A DNA stretch of 64,000 nt from Cenarchaeum sp. (GTDB lineage: Archaea > Thermoproteota > Nitrososphaeria > Nitrososphaerales > Nitrosopumilaceae), in contig CBDESU010000001.1 of assembly GCA_965242695.1 (NCBI GenBank), forward strand, positions 1,344,001 to 1,408,000, given 5' to 3'. The translations under genes and the position numbers were made by a program. Under the pieces are notes generated by a model. The model was not told the origin of the DNA, made no database searches, and saw only the letters and a list, made by a program, of their open reading frames with translations. Shown here one piece after another: positions 47,901 through 56,900 of this stretch (the first letter of the stretch is position 1; each line of letters begins with the position of its first letter).

Positions 47901-50900
47901 CGTCAAGGAGCAGCGCCGCGTCGAGCGTAAGCATCCCTGTCGCGTCGGTATCCTCGATGCGATCGCCGGCAAACGAGATCACGTGCCTTTCCGTTCCGTC
48001 ACCATCCCGCACCGAGGCGGAGGGGCGGCTGGCGGCCTCGCCGTCCACATCCACCGTATACGCGCCAGGCTGCGCCGAGACGTCCTCGCTGTACCATACG
48101 GTCGCCTCGCTGCCGCCCGTGATGCGCGCATCCTCTATTCTGGGCGCAATCCCGTCGGCTACCGCGATTTCGTCGCTGGCGGGCCTGTCTTCCAGCGCGT
48201 TGGTGGCCTGGTCGACGATCGGATCGCCTGCCTCGTACCTCAGCGCAGCCATTGGGCTGTCGCTTGCCAGGCCGCCCCCGCCCAGGGTCAGGACAAGCTC
48301 GGTCGGGGCCGCCGAGTCGATCGTGCGATAGGTTACCGCACTGCCTCCCGAGTCCGCGCCGGATACCGTCCAGCCGCCATCGCCGCCTGCGTTCAGCGGT
48401 AAAAGGGGCTCGTCGAATGCGACCCGTATCGCATTGCGGGACTCGGCAGTGGCGCCTAAGGCCGACGGAGACTGGCCGTCGATCACGGTGTGGTTTTGGC
48501 CGTCGATCACGATCCAGCCGGTAGAGTTGGGGCTCACGGCGGAAGGTCTGAACCCCAGCACCACCGTCCCCGGCACAGTGGTATCGTACGACTCGATGGT
48601 CTGCTCTCCTCCGTCGATCGAAAAGCCGGTGTATTGATTCGGGAAGTTGCCGTGGTACTCGTACAGCACGGTCACGACACCTGGCCCCGTGACCCTTGCC
48701 GAGGTGACGACGACGGGCCGGTCGTCGGATGTGGTATAGTTTTGCGGGCCGTCGCCGAGCGGGTTGGGCGGCTCGGCGGCCAGGTCGGACACGCGCGCCC
48801 CGTCTATCGTGACGTTGCCGGCTCCGCTGCCCGGCGGAACCGCAGTCCCGTCGAACGTGACCGTGTGCAGGGGCGTCCCGTCGCCTACAATGTTCCTTCC
48901 GGTTCGGTCTGTGCTGCCGATCCAGATCGTGTACACATTAGCCTCCTGGGCCGAGACGGGCTCGGTGTAGTTGACGGCCAGGACGTTGCCGTCCGTGATG
49001 CGGGCCCAGTGGACGCCCGGCGGGCGCCCGTCCTCCAGCACGCGCGTTCCGGGGCCGACGAGATCGTTGCCGCCGGCGTCCTCGATATCGGCAGTCTCGA
49101 GCACGACGGTTCCGGTCGCGTTGGGCGCCTGGGCCGCTGCGTGGTAGTCGCCGCCGATCGTGATCGTGTGCCTGGCGGTTCCGTTCCCCGAATCCACCGC
49201 GGACGGCCGGGCCGGAGCCTCCGCGCCGATGCCCATGGGGCCGTACGCCGCATGCGGTGCCGTGACGGGCTCGCTGTACCGTATCGTTGCATACGGCCCC
49301 TCCGTTATGCGCGCCGACACGATGTACGGAGCCTGGCCGTCGGTCAGGCTTCTGGGCAGCGAGCTTGGGCCCAGCGAGTTGCCGGCCGCGTCGGTTAGTG
49401 CGGATGCGATGCCGGAGAGCGTGCCCGTCGCGTTCGGTGCGGCGCTACCGGACTCGATATCGAAGTAGAGCGTGTGCGTGTCTGTCGACGAGCCCGATAC
49501 GGTGTCCACGTTTCGCGCCGACCCGGCTTGTAGCATGACGTCGACGTACGCGCCCAGCCCAGCCGTGACCGGCTCGTCGTACCGGATCGTGGCGTTGTTG
49601 GGGCCCGTGATCATTGCCGAGACGATCTTGGGCCTCTGCCCGTCGGACAGCGTAATGTTCGAGGAGCCGCCGCCGAGGTTCTGTATCCAGTCGAACTCGA
49701 TCCAGCCGGTCGCGTTGGGCGGCGCGGGCGGATCGAACGAGAACGTCCAAGTGTCCGCCGCGGGGCCACGGTGGGGGTCAGAGGTGTCCCGCGCGCTGCC
49801 GCCGATGTTCAGGGTGGGGGAGGAGCCTTCGACGTAGGCATCCTTCCCGGGAAGCTCGACCGGCGCGACGAACCGTATCGTCACATTGCTCGGCCCCGTG
49901 ATCTCTGCCGACTGCGGCGCGACGAGGTAGGGCAGGGCGTTGGCGAGGCCCTCTCGCTTCTCCGTGGCGCGCCCGCGGGGGTTCGAGACGTCGTCTAGCA
50001 CCAGCGTGTCGTTTATGTGTATCCAGGCGCTGGCGGTCGGGGCCGGGGCAGGCCCGCGGAAGTTGATCGTGTGCGTCTCCGTCCCGCTGCCGTCCACCGT
50101 CAGGATCTCCCTGATGCCGCCCGGGTCCAGCTCGACGCGCAGGTACGCCGAGTCGGGGGCAAAGGTCGGATCCTCGTAGATCAGGGTGACGTTGTTGCCA
50201 AGCACTAGGGCCTTTGACGAGAGGTACGGCCCCTGCCCGTCGCCGGCCTCTATCACGACGGACTCGCCGGTGCCGAGCTTGTTGCCGTCCAGGTCCTCGA
50301 TCTCTCTCGGATCGGCCAAGAGGCTGGCGGTGCTCGCCACATCGGGCGAGTAGGCGCAGGTGAGATCGACCACGTGCCGCTCCGACCCGTCGCCCGACAG
50401 TCCGTTGAAGGTCCCGATGTGGGTGTTTCCGCCAAACGCGATCGGGTAGACTATCGTTGCGTTCTTGTAGGCGCCCTGGCCGGTCCGCACGCCCTCGCTG
50501 TACGTGACGACCACGGCGCAGTCGCTGGGCGAGTCGTCGTTGACGACGGCCCGCACGACGACGGGGGCGATCCCGTCGGAGACGGGCACTGCAGTGCCGT
50601 CGACCTCGACGCCGTTGCCGTCCACAATGTCGCCGACCTCGGGGTTGTACGTCAGCGTGATGTCCGGCCTCGTGCTAGACAGGTTTCCCGAGAGTCCGAG
50701 CACGACGGATGCGGCGTTGTTTACGGCGCCGAACGAGGATACGGTCAGCCCCTCCGCGTCGGGCCCGCCGAGCGTCCATGTGGTGCCCGGATTGGTACCT
50801 GCAGAGGTGACGCGGGCGCCGAACAAGACCCGAATGGCGTCCGGCGCGACCGCATGCGCCGAGAATCCAGGCACGCCCCCCGCCAGCGATACCGCGATCT

Positions 50901-53900
50901 CCACGCTTCCGATCCCGCGGCCCGAGAGGTCCTGCACAGCGCTGAGCGTATCATGGCTGAAGCTCATGCTGAGCACCGGATTGGAGTACAGGGCCGCGGT
51001 GCCGGCCTGCGTGGAGTTGAGCCGCACAACCACGTGCGTGCCGTTGACGGTCGTCGACACGCTGGCGCCGGCCAGAGAGAACCCGGCCCCTCCGGCGCGG
51101 TCGCGCAGGCGCATCTGATCCAGCTTGAACGCAGAGGCATCCACGTTGACATGCTCGCTGAACGCGAGCGTCAGGGCGTCGCCTGCCAGCACGGCGGAGA
51201 GCAGTACCGGGTCGACCCTGTCCGGCACCAGTGCATAGAGAGGGCTGGCGCGGTACTCTTCGGACGGGCGGCCCGTCACCGAGCTGTTCACGGCCCCGTC
51301 AAGGACATCGACTAGCGGCGAGGCGGCAAACGCGATCGCAGCTTGGCGCGCCCCCTCGCCAAGCACCACGACAACCTCCGAGTCGGACTCCTGCCGCAGG
51401 AGTGCAGAGGATGGGCCGTACTGCACTCGCGGCGCGTCAGGCGAGTAGACTGCAATCTTGGAGAGGTTCGCGGTCGCAGGGTCGACGGGCTCGGTGAACG
51501 CAAGCTCGAGCTCGCCCGTGCCCAGGTCCAGCCTCGCCTCTAGCAGCGCCGGGCGGCTCGTGACGATCTCGGGGGCCACGCTGCCGGCCAGTCTGTTGGA
51601 ATTGCCCGAGACGTCGTCAAATGCCCCGTCGCCAAAGGTGAGCCTCAGCGTCTGCTGGTTGAGGACGGCGGCCAGCTGGTCGCCGGTCAGCGCAATCTCG
51701 ACCGTCCGCGGCCTAGTCGTTCCGTCCACCTGCGCTCCGGTCAGCGGAACGGGGGTGTCGCCGGCGCTCCCGTTGTGCACCGTGATCAGGGAGAGGTCTG
51801 CAGAGCTCTTGTCCACCCGCTCGCTGAACGTGACGTACAGTATGCCGCGCTCTGTGTTGACCTGCACCCCCACTACGCTCGGCTTTGCAGCGTCCGTAAA
51901 GGTCGTAAGCCGCATGAACTCGGTGGCATTCTCCTCGTACCCGGTGACGGCCATGTGTACCGAGCCGTCGACGGTGAATGTGGCGATGCCGCGCGCGCCT
52001 GCGATGTTTGAGGCTCCGTGCAGTCCGTCCCAGATGTGCGTCGGGGTCGTTATCCGGCCAGGATCGTCCATGTTGATGATCTGCACGCCGTTGCAGGGAG
52101 GGACAGAGGAGTGGCATGTCGATGCCGCGTATGGCACGCCCTCTAGCGTGAACGTGTCGACGTCGTACGCGCCGCGCAGCTCGGTGAACTCCCGGCCAGC
52201 GCCGTGATTAACATCATCCGTCACCTTTTCAAGCGGCACTGGGGCCACCGTCGGGTCTGTAATGTTGAGCATCTGCAGGGAGTGTCCTATCTTGGCAGTC
52301 ACTATGGCGTACGTCCCGTCCCCGTGCTTGAACGCCTTGATCCTGTGGGCCCCCGTCAGCTCGACCTTTGGGTCGCCGCTTTCGACTATGGAAAAGGTCG
52401 CGCTAGGCGAGTACGGGTTCGTAATGTTGATCACCTGCACGCCGTTGTCCCGTATAGCGGCCACGAGCGCGTACCACCCCGTCCCAATCTGCACGATGTC
52501 GACGCCGAGGGCGCGCTCCAGCGTGGTGTAGCCTCCCGTGCCCCCGTGCTCGTCGTCGACGATCGAGGCGGCCACAAGGGGCGATGCGGGGTTGGTCACG
52601 TCGACGATCTGCACTCCGTGCTTGTTGTTCTCGTACGGCCCGCGCGCGGCAATGACGGCGTACGTGCGGCCGTCGATCACGGCCGTCTCGACGCCGGCCG
52701 GCGCGTTGAGCATGTCGAACCTGTTTCCCCTTGCGTCCGGCTCGCCGTCTCGCATGCCGGACACGTACCGCGGCCTCTCGGGGTTCGAGATGTCGGCAAT
52801 CAGAAACGCCCCCCGGTCGTCGGACAGCGTGTGGCCGTGCACGTCATCGGCCGTGATTATTGCGTACGTGCGGCCCCCGATGGCAAAGGTGTCGATGTAC
52901 CTCACGCCGACGAGCAGGGACGTCAGCTTTGACCTGTCCGAGTGTTGCAGGGCGGCGGTCGGAAGCGGCTGCGACGGGTCGGTGACCTCGATTATCTGCA
53001 CGCCTCCCTCGTAGCCCTTCGTCTGCGTCCCGCTGCCGTCCCACGGCCCCTCGTACTCGTAGTACGATGCGACCAGGACGTACGTGCGGCCGCGGATCTC
53101 GACGGCCTCGGCCGATATCGGCTTGTGCAGCTCGGAAAAGCCGCCCCGCTCGTCCGAGGCAGTGCCGAGCGCGACCAGCCTGTCGGGGTCTGTAATGTCG
53201 ACTACCTGTATGCCGTCGTCGTCCACGGCGGCCGCGACCGCGTACAGCCGGCCGCCGAACGCGAGCGTGTCCGTCGCGATCGTTCCGCCGAGCGAGCGGT
53301 ACTTGGCGGCCGTCGAGCACTGGCTGCCGTCGTGCCCGCGGTCGGCAGGGCCAGGGCTCGAGGGGTCCGTAATGTCGATTATCTGGAAGCCGTCGTCGCC
53401 CGTGGCCGAGACTACCGCGTACGTCTTTTGGCCCTGGACAAAGGTGTCGACCGCCCTCGCGCCGCCGAGCATTGAAAACTCGGTCCGCTTGCGGCCGTCG
53501 GCATCGGCGATCGATGCGGTGCGGGCAGGGCGGGCCGGATCGGTCACGTCTATAATCTGCACGCCGTCGTCGCCGAGGGCGCTCTTGTAGGGCGCCGCGT
53601 CGGACGAGACGACCGCGTACGTGCGGCCGCCTACGGACGCGGTCTTGACCGCGGTCGCCCCCTCTAGCCGGTCGAACACGGGGCCGTCCACTGCAGTGGA
53701 TGCGACGGTCGGCGAGTAGGGGTCGGTCACGTTGATTATTGTCACGGCGTTGGACAACGGGGCCGCCACGACGGCGTACGTGTTGCCACTGCCGTCCGTA
53801 AAAGTGTCGACCGAGCGGGCACCCTCGAGCGACTCGAACAGGTTGCCGTCGGCGTCGACGCCCCGCATTGCGAGCGGTGCCTCGCCGACCCCGACGGCGA

Positions 53901-56900
53901 GCAGCTTGCCGCCGATCATCTTTGCGATCGGGTACGAGTAGGCGCCGTGGAAGGCATCCCTGTACACCGTGTCGATATAGTCGTCCGACGTGTCAGCGAG
54001 CGTGTCGTTGTTGTTCACCACCACGAGCAGGTACTGCCCGCCGCACACGATCGGAATCGGCGCCGACGGGTCGGGTTCGGGCGGGCAGTCGTCGGGGCTG
54101 TGGATTGTGACGGGCCCCGCGCCGCTGCTGTTGGTCAGGCTGACCGTCCGGTTCGTGCTGTTGGCAACCTGTACGATTGTAAAGGGCGGGATGCGCCACG
54201 GGTTCAAGTCCTCCCCGGCTCCCCAGAGGCCTTCCGTGGGGAGTGCGAACTTGCGTCCCTCGTACCCGGGCAGCGTGACGTTGACCGCGACCGCGACGGG
54301 GTCGCCGGCGCTGTCAAAGCGCGCCACAACGTCGGACCGCACCGTGTTCAGGTCGTAGCGCGAGCCCGGCGTCATCCACGGTATGGACTCGGCGGGCCTG
54401 GTGGCGACATGCGCCCCATTCTCATCCCTGACTATCCCGTGGTTGGACGATATGGAGGCAGGTGCGGCCGGCGTCGTCACGTCGATTATCTGGAAGCCTC
54501 CAGGGTGCTCGCGCACCGGGCCGTAGTCCGAGACGACGATCAGGTAGGTGCGCTCCTGCCCGTTGACGGTTCTGGTGAATACTGATGCGTCGCGCGCGCC
54601 CAAGAGCTCGGGGTACTTTAGCGATGTGTTTTCCGTGTATGTTTGGCCGTACTTTGGATGCTCTGCGTTATTGACGAATGACGGGCTGGCTGGATTGCTG
54701 AGGTCGACTAGTTCCACACCTCCGGGGGATCCCGGTGCGCCCGACGTGACGGCGGCCAGCCTCGCTCCCCCGGCCGTGAATATCTCAATGTCGACCGACT
54801 GGCCGTACCCTCGGGTCGACTCGAGTAGTGCGACCGGCACGGGCTTGTACGGGTCGGTAAAGTCCACAACTTGTATGCCGGGGCCGAGGCCCGAGGCCAC
54901 CACGGCGTAGGCCTTTCCGTTATGCTCAAACGTCTTTACGTCCCGGGGCTGCAGGAGAGAAGCCTTGCCGTCATCGTCGTTGACATCAGATATCACCTTG
55001 GGCGGCACCTCCAGCGTTTTGGTGGGGGGCGGCCCGGTCGGCCCCGACACCGACAGCGTCGCGTACCCCGACGGGTTGCCGAGGGCGTCGACCGTCCTGG
55101 CGGTGATTGTGTTTGCGCCCGGCGCTAGCAGCACCTGTATGAACCAGTGGCCCGACGAGTAGTGGGCCGGCGCGGCCCGGGCCAGCTCGCCTCCGACGTA
55201 GACCTCTACGAGCACGCCCGGCTCGGCCGTCCCCCGTATGACATGCATGCGCGACGGCGCCGTCTCGCCGTTTGGGTTCAGTATTGTCGGGACGGGGGGG
55301 GGCGTCGTGTCGAGCGTGATCGTCACGGGCGACGAGTGGGACTCGGCCCCGCCGGGCGCCGAGACCGACGCGGTGAACGTGTTGGTGCCGTTGCTCAGGA
55401 CCTCGGACGAGTTCCACCAGCCGCTCACGGGGTCGGCCCGCACGGTCGCAGCCCCGCGAATGCCGTTGTTGTAGAGCGTGACGTCGCTGCCCGGGGCGGC
55501 CACCCCCTCTATGACGTGCGGCGTGGCGGCGACCGTCGCCGGCGGCGTGAGGATTACGGGCGCGGCAAGCCTTCCCGCGCCGGGCCCCACCGGATCGGAC
55601 GCGTCGATTGCAATGTTGGACGAGTGCGAGAGCGACCCCTCCGAGCCCGGCACGGGCAGTGTACGCGAGACGGGGTTGCCGAGGGAGTCCAGGATCGAGT
55701 CCGCGTTGTCGTCGGGCAGCGACAGGGCCCCCGTCCCGTTGTAGGCCAGACGGGCGGCCGTCTCGCCGTGATCCCCCACCGTATACGTGAAGTTGAGGAC
55801 GGCGGTCGGGGATCCTGTAGGCCCCGTGTACACAGCATAGGCCTTGGGATCCGTCGCAAGGACCAGCTCGGGCGCGCCCGATACGGTGACGGGATCTTCG
55901 TACGCGATGCGTATGATAATCTCCGAGTTTTCGCCGTACGTGCCGTTGGCGCTAGTCGTGGTCACTCCGGTGACGCGCACGGCATCCCTGAGCCGGATGT
56001 CCGACGTCTGGCCTAGCGAGCCGGCCGTGCCCGGGTGCGGCAGGACGGGGCTGGCCGCGCCGGCCGCATCGCCCGCGGGCCAGATGTCTGCAAGGCCGCC
56101 GTCGAGCAGTAGCGATGCCATGCCCGCGTACTCTAGGCCGGCCGCCGAGTCGCCCGGTTCGACGGCGTACGTAAAGTGGAGCATATTTGTCCCGTTGCCG
56201 CCCGCATACGTCGCGTTGCGCGGCGGCGACGTCGACAGGGCAAGGGCCGGCGTCCCGGCGACCGCCACGGACGCGTTGAACGAGACCGTTATGTTGATGT
56301 TTGAGCCGGGGGTGTAGGCCGCGTCGGCGTCGGGCGAGGATACGCCCGTGACGATTGCGGTCGCGAGGTGGGCGTCGGCGGGGGCGAATGCGACGCCCTG
56401 GGGGAGGGTGAACGCCCCTGGGAGGCCCGAGGCGTGCTGGATCTTGTACACAAGGTTGTTGCCCGAGTCGAACACCTGGATGCGGTTATTCTCCTTGTCG
56501 GCCACTGCAAGGAGGCCGCCCGGCCCGGCAGCGACGCCCTCGGGGTTGCGGAACTGCCCGTCATTGCTGCCGGGCGCCCTGAAACTATGCCCGATGCTGT
56601 TCACGTGTGTGCGTCCAGAATCAAAGATATGGACCTGGTGGGCACCCCTGTCTACCACGGCAAAGCCTCCGTTGGGCAAGAAGGCCACGTCGAAGGGTGC
56701 CGAGAATTCTCCGATGCGAGGTCCAGCTGTCCCGAACCTGAATGCGAACGTGCCGTCGGAATGAAAGACTTGGACGCGGTCGCTGCGGCTTTGGGCTACG
56801 GCTAGCATCCCGTTGGGGCCAAAGTCGACGCCGTGGACCCTGTCGAACCTCCCGTTGGCGGGGGAGGCGGCAGGAGTGCCGAGGGTGAACGCATGCGTGC